Source: a virus (lineage: Duplodnaviria; Caudoviricetes). From it: a stretch of DNA of 64,000 bases. Below are positions 29,230 to 37,983 of this stretch, piece after piece. The translations under genes were made by a program, and so were the position numbers. Position 1 is the first letter of the stretch, and every line of letters begins with the position of its first letter. The notes beneath the pieces are model-generated. The model had not been told where the DNA came from and made no database searches. It saw nothing but the letters and a program-made list of their open reading frames with translations. The DNA lies in the IMG/VR virus record IMGVR_UViG_2934748790_000001, positions 1 through 64,000 of that record. The stretch is one strand, 5' to 3'.

Positions 29230-29582
29230 GGGGGTTACTCGTTCCTAAAACGAGCCCTTTGCAGGGTTGTCCACCCATCAGCTCACGCCGACACATTTAA
29301 GGCTCCGAGTCGTATTGAAATCGTCGCGTCCTGCCATTGGACCATCCCGGCATGGAGCGCCAGGAGAGGGATTCGAACCCCCATCTCGATGATATTGCTC
29401 GGGCCGGTCGATTCGGCGCTTGGTGGTGTGCTGAAACTAGGAGCGAGAACTTTAGATACGGGTCGGCTTGCCTCTACCGCTGGGCTACCCCGGCGTGTGG
29501 TGCCGGGGGAAGGATTCGAACCTTCGCTGTGACCTGACCCGGATGCTGAACTTCAGTCCTGAGCTTCAGATTGCGCTCCTGC
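29230..29582 (-). ncRNA. Structured RNA with two circularly permuted tRNA-like modules (T arm, closed acceptor stem, D arm)
   Basis: Modules at 29469-29525 and 29327-29382 with TTCGAAT T-loops, 7-bp acceptor stems and GG D-loops; long flanking complementarity. Confidence 0.85.
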
Positions 29583-29617
29583 GCACCCGCCGCACACCGG
29601 CGGCGGGAGTCTGGGTG

Positions 29618-30391
29618 TTACGCGGCGGCGGCCTGTTCGGCGGCCGGCGGGATGAACGCGCCGAAGAGGTAGTCCAGGAGGGGCGCAGCGATGCGCTGCT
29701 GCTGGATTTCCGTGCCGTTGGCTTCTTCGCGTGCGTACTTCACCGCGTCGCGGAGGGCCTGGACCCGTACGGCGAGGGCCTTTACCTGGGCGGCGGGCAT
29801 GGCTCCGGAGAACTTGACGGTCGTCCAGGTGCCTACGGGGACGTCCTCGTAGTACATCTCGACCTGTGCTTTGTGTTGCTGGGTGGCCTCGGCAAGGACG
29901 TGGTTGCGGGGGACCTTTTTCGTCTTGACGCTTTCGTACGGCGGGGTGCGCCAGACGCCCCTGTCCTGGTCCCAGAGCCATTCTTCGGCCGGGTCGAGGA
30001 CGGGCAGCTTTTCGACGAAGGTGGCGAGGGTGGTGAGCTGCTTTTCGAGGAACAGCAGGTAGGGCACGGGGACGTCGCGCAGCAGGGTTTCGCCGTCCAC
30101 CTTGATGTCTGCTCGGGCCTGGCAGTTGGCCCAGTCGCGGGTGGCGGTGACGTCGTAGAACCGGAGGAGGACTGCCTTCACCTCGGCGATGGCGTCCACT
30201 GCTCGGAGCTGCACGCGGGTTGCTTCGGCGGGCTGCTGTTCGCCTTCGTCGTCGCGAGGGCGGTAGGTGCGGGAGAGGCCGGTGAGCAGTGGAGCTTTCT
30301 GGACCTGGTGGTGCGCCTGGCTGAGCACGTTGTAGGCGTCGGTCTTGATCGGCTTTTCCACTGCGACTACCTGGCTGAGGCGCGTCGTCAT
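29618..30391 (-). CDS. Uncharacterised helical protein directly upstream of the ncRNA
   Basis: 257-aa ORF, high GC3, amphipathic helices with central beta region (RTYRP, LLFLEKQL, KKVP, KFSGA). Confidence 0.85.
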   Translation of the reverse strand: MTTRLSQVVAVEKPIKTDAYNVLSQAHHQVQKAPLLTGLSRTYRPRDDEGEQQPAEATRVQLRAVDAIAEVKAVLLRFYDVTATRDWANCQARADIKVDGETLLRDVPVPYLLFLEKQLTTLATFVEKLPVLDPAEEWLWDQDRGVWRTPPYESVKTKKVPRNHVLAEATQQHKAQVEMYYEDVPVGTWTTVKFSGAMPAAQVKALAVRVQALRDAVKYAREEANGTEIQQQRIAAPLLDYLFGAFIPPAAEQAAAA

Positions 30392-30671
30392 GGGGCTGGA
30401 CGTTATGGAGCGTCCATAGTGTCGCGCAAATCCTCTTTAGCCCATTCGTGTGTCGGGATTTGATATTCGGCTTCGGCATTCGGGTGTTTTGGGCGGCGGG
30501 ACGGGTCTGGCTGTCGCTGTGTGACGCGGGACGCTTCTGACGGTGAACGGGCTGGCCGGAGCTGGTCGTTACGTCATGCTGGTCCTCATGATGCAATCGC
30601 ACCTGCAACCGCACCTGGCCATCCTCGCGGACTTCCCTCTGACTGAGCGGACCGATCCGTGGTCTGCGGCC

Positions 30672-31013
30672 ATGCGTGCGTCCGTGGACCGCGTGAGCGG
30701 CTTTCTGGCCGAGGGGGGCTGGGTGTGCGCGAACACCGTGGCGGGGTCGTCGGCGTCGATCGCGTCGGAGTGGGTGGGTGTTCGGGCGGTACACGAAGTG
30801 GACTGGCCTGGGACTGCTGGGCTGTGCGTGGAGCTGTGGTACTTCCTGCCGGCGGAGTTCCGGCATGAGGAGGGGGCGGAGCCTCTGGAGGCTGCGGAGC
30901 ACCGGATAGAGCGGATGGCGGCGCTCGCGACGGCGCTGGTGAAGGGGGGGTTCGAGGTCGCGCTTGTGGATCGGGGTTGGCTCGGGGTGAATCTGCTTGT
31001 CACGTCGGCCTGA
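30672..31013 (+). CDS. Hypothetical protein
   Basis: Start uncertain; operator array at 30592 upstream. Confidence 0.45.
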   Translation: MRASVDRVSGFLAEGGWVCANTVAGSSASIASEWVGVRAVHEVDWPGTAGLCVELWYFLPAEFRHEEGAEPLEAAEHRIERMAALATALVKGGFEVALVDRGWLGVNLLVTSA

Positions 31014-31248
31014 TCACCCGTTCGAGGGATTAGAACTGTCGCGGGGGTGACTTAGCTTGAGGGCCGAGCCTGCTAGGGACGCCACTTCCGGTACCGGGGC
31101 GGGGCGTTGGGCATATGCCGGTTCGGTTGGTCTGCGGTCGCAGGTGCGGTCGCAGGGCGTAGCGTGCTCATCGGTGTACTCGACGGCCTGGTTGCGGCCG
31201 GTGGGACTGATTCTTGATGCCGCGTCTGTCGCGGAGGACGGAGGGGTC

Positions 31249-31431
31249 GTGGCGACGCTCTTTCAGGAGTTGTTGGCGGACGCGGCTCGTAGCGAGGAGC
31301 GCTACGAGCTGGTGGACACGAAGCACTGCTCCGTGCATCCGAATACGCCTCTACAGAAGAACTGGGCCGGCCTGTGGCTGTGCCCGAAGCCGGAGCACCA
31401 ACCGAATCGAGGGGATGAGGGCGATGAGTAG
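31249..31431 (+). CDS. Small Zn-ribbon protein
   Basis: CSVH ... CPKPEH; GGAGG RBS. Confidence 0.6.
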   Translation: MATLFQELLADAARSEERYELVDTKHCSVHPNTPLQKNWAGLWLCPKPEHQPNRGDEGDE

Positions 31432-31696
31432 CGCAGAGGGGATGTCGTGGCCGGAGGCCGAGGCGCGTCTGATGGTGGAGCCCGGCCTGGAGGTCAGTTC
31501 CTTGGGGTGGACCCAGCCGGGAAAGTATGTCTTCTGGGGGTCCGTGAAAGTGCAACTGCCTGACGGGACGCAGGCCGAGACGGAGCCCGGTCTGTGGTTC
31601 AAGGACGCTAAGGACAAGGTGTACCCGTGGGCGCCTTCGTGGGCCGGCAGGAACCGCGCTGACTGGATCGAGGGGCGTTCGCCCGGCGTTGAGTGA
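31424..31696 (+). CDS. Tad2/DUF2829-like anti-defence sponge protein
   Basis: MSWPEA..GW..KYVF..K..PWAPS..ADW pattern; 90 aa. Confidence 0.7.
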   Translation: MSSAEGMSWPEAEARLMVEPGLEVSSLGWTQPGKYVFWGSVKVQLPDGTQAETEPGLWFKDAKDKVYPWAPSWAGRNRADWIEGRSPGVE

Positions 31697-32189
31697 GTAC
31701 GTCCGTGGGGTGGGCCCCGTAGCCGGCCGGTGGCTGGGTGCGGGGCTCTTGTGTTGTCGACGCGATGGGGAAGGGGCCGAGGTGGAGGGGCGTTCTGGGC
31801 GAACGCAGGCTGTGCTGGAGGTGGTCTGTGGTGGACATTGCTGTGCGACGTCTGGCCGGTGGGCAGGGGCGACCCGGAGCGCGGCGATGCGCGCGTCGCG
31901 GGCGGACGGGTGGGAGGGGTTGCGGGTCGATGGGGAGATGGTCGACCTGTGTCCGGCATGTGTGGCGGACACGGTGCCGACGTCAGGGTGCCCGTACCCG
32001 GAGCCGTGTGGCTACGAGGTCGCGGGCCTGCTCGGGCATGACATTCATGGGCACCGCATTGCGCGATATCTGGTTCGGCATTACGGGCTGAAATCCGTTT
32101 CTGAGGTTCGGGAGTGGCAGGAGAAGGGTTGGTTGCGGGAGCTGCCTGCCGGTACCCGACAGCGGTTGCTGGGCGCCCTCAAGACGTAA
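31689..32189 (+). CDS. Cys-rich phage protein
   Basis: Coupled ORF; GW..DLCPAC motif. Confidence 0.6.
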   Translation: MSEYVRGVGPVAGRWLGAGLLCCRRDGEGAEVEGRSGRTQAVLEVVCGGHCCATSGRWAGATRSAAMRASRADGWEGLRVDGEMVDLCPACVADTVPTSGCPYPEPCGYEVAGLLGHDIHGHRIARYLVRHYGLKSVSEVREWQEKGWLRELPAGTRQRLLGALKT

Positions 32190-32538
32190 CTGCTGGTGGT
32201 GGGTTGCTTGTGCTCTCTCACGATGCGGCTGCCGATCCGGGGCATCTTGGACATCGCCACCGGCGGGAGCCTGTGCGGAGCGTAATCGGGTGTCACCCAT
32301 TCGAGTGACGCCATAAGAAATTCGCGGGGTTGGCGTGACTCATGTCCGCTGGTGTGGGTTGATGTGGGTGCGTGCCCACGGCGGGGTTCCGGAAGACACC
32401 CCCCCCCGTTTACCGGAATCCCGCTGGCCCGCACCCTAGAACGGTCCGGCGTAGCCGTCGGCGCGATACCACCCCCCTTGGCATCGTCCTCTTCATCGGC
32501 TACGCCGGGCCTTCCGTTGTACTGGGGAAGGAAACGGT

Positions 32539-32946
32539 GTGAAACAGACCGACGACCCTCTGAACAAGATCGAAATGGGGCCGGCAGGTCGCCCCTTCGC
32601 GTTCGGCCTGGACGCCGAGCCGCTCACCATGAGGGCTGCTGCGGACCTGTTCGAAGACATGACCGCCAGGACGGTTCACAAGTCCGACGTCGTACTGCCC
32701 GACGGCCGGCCGGCCAGCGTGAGGACCCTCTGCTTGGTGTTCGACGACTTGCTGGCCACCTGCGTTGCGAGCGAGCTGCCCGCCGACTACGTCCCGCAAA
32801 TCTTCGGTTCGGCGCTGTACTCGGCCGACGACCCCGGGCACTTGCTGCGGACTCTGTGGACGTACGGGCTGCCGGCCGAGGCCAAGGCCGGCCACGCGGA
32901 AGCGGTAGAAGAGTTCGCGTCGGGGCGTGCCCGTGTGGCCGCGTAG
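32539..32946 (+). CDS. Phage hypothetical protein
   Basis: GAAGGA RBS. Confidence 0.7.
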   Translation: MKQTDDPLNKIEMGPAGRPFAFGLDAEPLTMRAAADLFEDMTARTVHKSDVVLPDGRPASVRTLCLVFDDLLATCVASELPADYVPQIFGSALYSADDPGHLLRTLWTYGLPAEAKAGHAEAVEEFASGRARVAA

Positions 32947-33006
32947 CGGAGTGCGGCGGCGGTCGCGGGGGGCCTCGACCGGCCCGATACGCGGAGGAGT
33001 ACCCCG

Positions 33007-33342
33007 ATGGCTCACCTGACCTTCGAAGGCACGCTCCGGACACGCAAGCTGAACGAGATCCGGGGTCTTCCTCAATTCCAAGTTCGCCGCCAGGGGCAGC
33101 AGTTGGACGTGCTGGCCCTTTTCAGCGATCCGGAGACGGGGATCGCCTGGATCGAGTGCGAGCGAGGAACCTGGCGCCTGCCACCGAAACTCTTTCCGTG
33201 GGCAGAAGCGGTCGAGGACCGTGCGCGAGAAATCACGGGCCAGGACGAGGTGTTTCCATGCCGGACAGTATGGGAACAAGACGACGTCTCCGGCGAGTTG
33301 ACGGTGGAGATATTCCCTCCCGGTTACCGCAGCCCGTTCTAG
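33007..33342 (+). CDS. Phage hypothetical protein
   Basis: GGAGGAG RBS. Confidence 0.7.
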   Translation: MAHLTFEGTLRTRKLNEIRGLPQFQVRRQGQQLDVLALFSDPETGIAWIECERGTWRLPPKLFPWAEAVEDRAREITGQDEVFPCRTVWEQDDVSGELTVEIFPPGYRSPF

Positions 33343-33620
33343 AAGTGAGGGCTCCACCCCATGCGCATGGGTGGGGCCCTCACTCCTGCGTGGACGTCCT
33401 GTCCGGAAAGAGCTTCACACGGGACGGGTGTTCCCGGCAGCCGCCATCGGAGGGAGCTGGTCGATATCCTCGGCCTGGTCGGACCAGCGCCAACGGCGCC
33501 CGTCCCACACGATCATCTGCCCATGCGTCCGGCACACGAAGTACCGGCCCGGCGCGGTCTCGGGATCGGGTGCCATCACTACCAGAGCCCTGACGACGCA
33601 GCAGCACGCCTCCGCGTCGC

Positions 33621-33977
33621 TCACAGGGCCGGCTTCCTCGGCAGCTCGTCGCACTCAGCGGCACGCCAGTGCCAGTACCCGCACGGGCAGTACCGCATCG
33701 CGTGCAGCAGAGCATCCTCGCTGAAAATGCACCGCACGACGGTGTCGGCCTCCCACGGAGCTGGGTGGTAGACCGCCCACGCCCGCAGTGAATGCCCGCA
33801 GCAGCGCATCCAGCCGCCCCCCATGATCTGCGGAGGGGTGTACTTGTCGGTGACGAGGTCGGCCTGCGCGGCGTGGAAGTCGCGGCACTGCTTGCAGTAG
33901 CCGTACTCCATTCGAGTGACGCCCATTTCAATTTCACACCGTGGACACAGGGTGCGCGTTTCCGGGACGTGAGTCAT
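33621..33977 (-). CDS. Cys-rich Zn-finger protein
   Basis: CPRC, CKQC, CCGH, CPC; TACGCT-6nt-ATG. Confidence 0.6.
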   Translation of the reverse strand: MTHVPETRTLCPRCEIEMGVTRMEYGYCKQCRDFHAAQADLVTDKYTPPQIMGGGWMRCCGHSLRAWAVYHPAPWEADTVVRCIFSEDALLHAMRYCPCGYWHWRAAECDELPRKPAL

Positions 33978-34007
33978 GGCGCGAGCGTAATGGTTAGCAT
34001 GCTTCAC

Positions 34008-34484
34008 ATGGTGGATAAGCAGCCCGGCGACGACATGCGCCTCCTCGCAATCGCGTATCTCGAATTCTGGGCGAGGGGTGACAGGGCGAGCCTGCGTCTG
34101 CTGGAGCGAGACAGACGGCAGATCACCCAGGCGGTCGGAGCCTTCGCCTGGTTCCTGATGGACACGGTGGTCATCCCGGTCCAGCACGGTGTCGGATGGG
34201 CCGACGGGTGGGTGGAGGTCGACTTCCGGCGGCGGACCGACCCGGAATTCACCGCATCCCTTCTGCGGCGTCGCCGCTACCGCCGGCTGGCCCAGGGCCG
34301 GATGCTGCGCGCACGCCCCCACCTGCGGAAAGCGACCCGGGAGGTGGCCGGAATGCTATGCCTCGCGTACTCCGTCGAGGCCGAGCACAACGATGAAGTA
34401 AGCGCGAGAGAAGCGATTCTTCACGCGCTCAACCGGGTGCGTAATAGGTTCTGCCATACGGGTGACGGGAATAAGAATCCGTAA
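34008..34484 (+). CDS. Hypothetical protein
   Basis: TAGCAT-7nt-ATG, divergent from 33977. Confidence 0.6.
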   Translation: MVDKQPGDDMRLLAIAYLEFWARGDRASLRLLERDRRQITQAVGAFAWFLMDTVVIPVQHGVGWADGWVEVDFRRRTDPEFTASLLRRRRYRRLAQGRMLRARPHLRKATREVAGMLCLAYSVEAEHNDEVSAREAILHALNRVRNRFCHTGDGNKNP

Positions 34485-34678
34485 CTGTAGCCCCGGTAGC
34501 CCGTTGTTACCTGCAAGGAAGGGGGCGGGGCATCCATGCGGCGCACTGTCGCTTCGTCGGTGAGGTGACGGACGCTCCACCCTTCCTTAGCGAGACCCCC
34601 CAACTGCTGTTCCCAGTAGGGGGGTTCTTGCTGTGTCGTCCCCCCGGGCGGCAGCCTGAGATGGAAAACTCTCGGGGT

Positions 34679-34936
34679 ATGACCGAAAAAATGCAGGTGC
34701 TGCGATGGCTCCACGCTCAAGGTGAGTGCACGCTGCTCCAGGTGGTGGACGGCACGAATATTCCAGCAGGGCGCGCTATCGCCCACCTCAACGCGCTCAC
34801 CCGGGCCCAGCACACCGCCAAAGCCCGCCGTGACCGGTTCGACCGCTACACCATCACCGAGGCCGGCCGAGAAGAAGTCGAAAGCTGGACCGAGCCGCTG
34901 GCCCCCGCCCCTGGAAAGGTCCGTCGTGCTGGCTGA
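34679..34936 (+). CDS. Winged-helix DNA-binding protein
   Basis: VLRWL..T..HLNAL..YTITEAGR pattern. Confidence 0.65.
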   Translation: MTEKMQVLRWLHAQGECTLLQVVDGTNIPAGRAIAHLNALTRAQHTAKARRDRFDRYTITEAGREEVESWTEPLAPAPGKVRRAG

Positions 34937-35321
34937 ACCCTTCGACGTGCGCCAGGCCGCCGAGCTGCTTCAGCGGCTGTCGCGGTACCTGTTCCTATCC
35001 GCCGCGTGCGCAGCCAGCGCTCACCACGAATGCCCCCTGGTCGACACGTACTCCGGACGCCCGTGCTGCTGCACAGGGTGCGACCACACCGGCTTCGTCG
35101 GCTCCCCTCCCCCGGTCGTCCTGCCGCTCCTGCATTACGCCGAGGATGGCCGGCGGCAGGGCTACACCTACGACGCACAGCAGATGGGTGTGCGCGACGA
35201 CCTGGTGCGGGCCATGACCCACGTCCTGGAGAACCACGTCCACGAGCTGCGCCGGCCACGCATGGCGCACCAGCTCGCCGTCGCGGCGGCTCTCGTTTTC
35301 GCCCCGAGGAGCGGTGCCTGA
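34926..35321 (+). CDS. Cys-rich phage protein
   Basis: Coupled ORF. Confidence 0.6.
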   Translation: MLAEPFDVRQAAELLQRLSRYLFLSAACAASAHHECPLVDTYSGRPCCCTGCDHTGFVGSPPPVVLPLLHYAEDGRRQGYTYDAQQMGVRDDLVRAMTHVLENHVHELRRPRMAHQLAVAAALVFAPRSGA

Positions 35322-35641
35322 TGTACGCCCTGCGCCTGCCCGGCACCTTTGTGCCCGAGAAGCACGGCTGGACCGTGCGGAACCCCGTGGTGCCCCACCA
35401 GCAGCTCCAGATGGCCATGTACGAGCTGCACCGCTTCGGCTTCGTGTCCGCGAACTACGTCCGGCCCGAGCCCGGCTCCGAGGCCCCGGCCGGCCTCGTC
35501 CTCTCCGGATACGACCGGGAGACCGCCCAGTACCTGTGCCTGTACAACCCGCCATCCGAGTGTCGGGAAAGAAAAGTCACCGCCGCTGTCCTTCTCGCTG
35601 AAATCCGGGACGGTGTGGGCCACTCGGAGGTTTCCGCCTGA
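35321..35641 (+). CDS. Phage hypothetical protein
   Basis: TGATG coupling. Confidence 0.65.
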   Translation: MYALRLPGTFVPEKHGWTVRNPVVPHQQLQMAMYELHRFGFVSANYVRPEPGSEAPAGLVLSGYDRETAQYLCLYNPPSECRERKVTAAVLLAEIRDGVGHSEVSA

Positions 35642-35718
35642 GCCCATTCGTGTCGTGCCCAAAGAAATTGCTAAGCCTTGCAGGATGACGTCAGCCCCCG
35701 TCCCGAAAGGACACCCAT

Positions 35719-35892
35719 ATGGCTGACGTCACGGCCCGGCCCACGTCGGTGGCCGGCCCGATCGCAGCGGTGGTGGCCGGCCTGCTGGCCACCCACCCGC
35801 AGGAACCCCCGCTGGTTGTCAGGCTCGGCTGGCAGGCATCCCCGAACGGCACGCTGCGGCCAATTTCACTGGTGGTGGTGCGCCGTGGCTGA
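35719..35892 (+). CDS. 57-aa protein (missed by ORF track)
   Basis: GAAAGGA RBS; overlaps next start. Confidence 0.5.
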   Translation: MADVTARPTSVAGPIAAVVAGLLATHPQEPPLVVRLGWQASPNGTLRPISLVVVRRG

Positions 35893-36202
35893 GACGAAGA
35901 ACCCTGACATCTACACCGAGCGCGCCCACCTCCTGGCCGTGGTCGTGGCGTTGTTCGGAGGCGTTCTGTCCTACAGCGACCCGCTCACCCCACGCTGGCC
36001 CGTCCTCTACGTGGAGTCACCAGCCGGACAGCTCTCCTGGCACATCCACCCCGGCGACCTCTGGCTATTCGAAGGTGTCCCCGTGGTCGAGAACTACCCC
36101 TGGGACCAGCACAGCACGACGGTGAAATACCGCCGCGTGAGGGCCCTCCTGCTCGACCTCCCGAAGATGACGTACGCGAGGCCGGAGTACGGTCACCCGT
36201 GA
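35885..36202 (+). CDS. Tad1/WDGH-domain-like anti-defence sponge protein
   Basis: YTERAHL..LYVESPAGQLSWH..F..WDQH pattern. Confidence 0.65.
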   Translation: MAETKNPDIYTERAHLLAVVVALFGGVLSYSDPLTPRWPVLYVESPAGQLSWHIHPGDLWLFEGVPVVENYPWDQHSTTVKYRRVRALLLDLPKMTYARPEYGHP

Positions 36203-36643
36203 ATTACCCCACCGGAATTCGGGGCGGGCACCGTTGAGGGACTTCCGCCCCGAATCGAGGTGACCGTCATGCCCCTCCTGCGACGCCCCAACCCATCGTG
36301 GGACGCGGTCCAGGCGCTGCCCGGGACACCCACGGGCGGTCCGAGGTCCCAGCTCGCCGCCGGCTGGCCCTCGGAACTGCTCGACCCTCACCCGGGCGGC
36401 ACGCCGGCGCTCTCAGCGGCCACCCTGCCGCGTCTGAGCGCGCAACCCGGCACGTCCCCCGTCCGGGGCCGGCCTACGCGCCAGCAGCTCGGTCTCGGCT
36501 CCCCCGGCACCGCACCGACCGGGGCGCCGGCCACGGGCCAGGGGCGCAGCTCCATCTTCATGGCGCCCATGTACTGACCCGGACATAGAGAGGCCCGCTC
36601 CCCCCTGAGCGCGGGGAAGCGGGCCTTCTCATGCGCAGGCGTC

Positions 36644-36904
36644 TCAGACGCCCGGTGCGAACCCGCGCTGTCCGTCGAGGACGGCCTTCCCGAAGGCTTC
36701 CCACTCGGAATCCGTGAACGGAAGCAGCCTGTCGGGCATGTTGGAGTTCCGCACCAGCCATCCACCCTCGACCCGGGCGGTCTCCAGGCAGTCGCCGGTC
36801 CCGCCGGTGGAAGCCGCCGGGGTGTTCCACTGGAGGTCGGTCGGCACGTTGGACAGCATGGCGTTGAGCGCAGCCAGCTTGTCGGCCTGCGGGGTGTCAG
36901 TCAC
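36644..36904 (-). CDS. DUF397 (Scr2/BldB-like) protein
   Basis: W..S..GDCLE..VRNS..P..L.F...W..F. Confidence 0.88.
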   Translation of the reverse strand: MTDTPQADKLAALNAMLSNVPTDLQWNTPAASTGGTGDCLETARVEGGWLVRNSNMPDRLLPFTDSEWEAFGKAVLDGQRGFAPGV

Positions 36905-37781
36905 GTGACATCTCTTTCCTAATTGTGGTGATCATTTCGAGTGAGTCTGTCGGGGACACTGCGAGTACGCGCAGATCCTCCAGGAAGCCCTTCAGCCCCC
37001 GAATTTCCTTGAGACCCTTCCGGAAGGACATACCCGTCATCGCGTCGAACGCTGCGACGGGGGTCTCTGCCCCTCCGAAGCTGAGCATGTGGAACGTGTA
37101 CGTGAGCGTCGCGTTTGCGCTGAAGGGGATGACGCGGAAGGACACCCCTCGCTCCGTGGCATCTCCCATGATCGCGTCGAGTTGGGCGAGCATGACGTCC
37201 CGACCGCCGACCTGCTGGCGCAACGCCGCTTCGCCCATGATTACTTCGACAGCCGGCCGGGGTTCCTTCGCCAGGATGCCTCTGCGATGCATGCGCAGTT
37301 CGACCGAGCGCTCTACCGATGACGGGTTGAACGAGGACTTCGCGAGTTCGCTCGTGAGCGCCCGTCCGTACTCCGGCGTCTGGAGCAGCCCTGGGATGAT
37401 GTTCGGGTTGCAGGTAGTGATCTCGTGGGCGCTGTCTTCGTAGGCCACGAACTCGATGAGCGATTCCGGGAACTCGTCCTGAAAGTCCTGCCACCAGACT
37501 TCGGTGATGGCGGTGCCAGCCTCCAGCATGGTTTCCAGGCGGACACTGGTCGGGACGTCGGCGCCGTAGAGCTTGAGCAGGGTTCGCAGCTCCGACAGGT
37601 CCGGCCAGGCGGCGCCGCGTTCGAAGCGGCTGACGCGGTCGATCGTTTTGCGCTTGATCGCGCGGGCGGCGTCGATCTGCTTGATCTGTGCGCCCTTCGA
37701 GGTCCGAGCGTCGAGGCGCACCTTCTTCAGGGCTTCCCCGAATCGCTGCCGGGCGACCATGCCTGCGGTACTGACCGCCAC
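36897..37781 (-). CDS. XRE-family regulator with DUF5753 domain (Scr1/WhiJ-like)
   Basis: N-terminal HTH (VSRFERG), WW, IPGLLQTPEY, EAAL motifs; paired with DUF397. Confidence 0.92.
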   Translation of the reverse strand: MAVSTAGMVARQRFGEALKKVRLDARTSKGAQIKQIDAARAIKRKTIDRVSRFERGAAWPDLSELRTLLKLYGADVPTSVRLETMLEAGTAITEVWWQDFQDEFPESLIEFVAYEDSAHEITTCNPNIIPGLLQTPEYGRALTSELAKSSFNPSSVERSVELRMHRRGILAKEPRPAVEVIMGEAALRQQVGGRDVMLAQLDAIMGDATERGVSFRVIPFSANATLTYTFHMLSFGGAETPVAAFDAMTGMSFRKGLKEIRGLKGFLEDLRVLAVSPTDSLEMITTIRKEMSRD

Positions 37782-37876
37782 GGTGCTTCCCCTTCTCTCG
37801 CGGCTTGTGGACAACGCGAAGAGTAGCGCGAGGGCGTACTTCCGGGCACGTGTGGGGGTTTTTCGTCCCTAGGGCT

Positions 37877-37898
37877 TGCAACCGCAGGTGCAATCGCA
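37877..37898. promoter_or_regulatory. Double TGC-N4-GCA operator between XRE and anti-sigma genes
   Basis: TGCAACCGCA-GG-TGCAATCGCA. Confidence 0.7.
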
Positions 37899-37983
37899 CC
37901 ACACTCAGTCTCACGTACCGAAGGTCCGTCGTCGCGGTGCGTCACCTACGCGGTTTCCCCATGCCCGCGTGATGGAGGGCTTC

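Noticed and set aside
29327-29525. Two ordinary tRNA genes
   Set aside because: Arms are in T-acceptor-D order with closed acceptor loops and no anticodon loop; the D arm of module 1 is not followed by a normal tRNA body.
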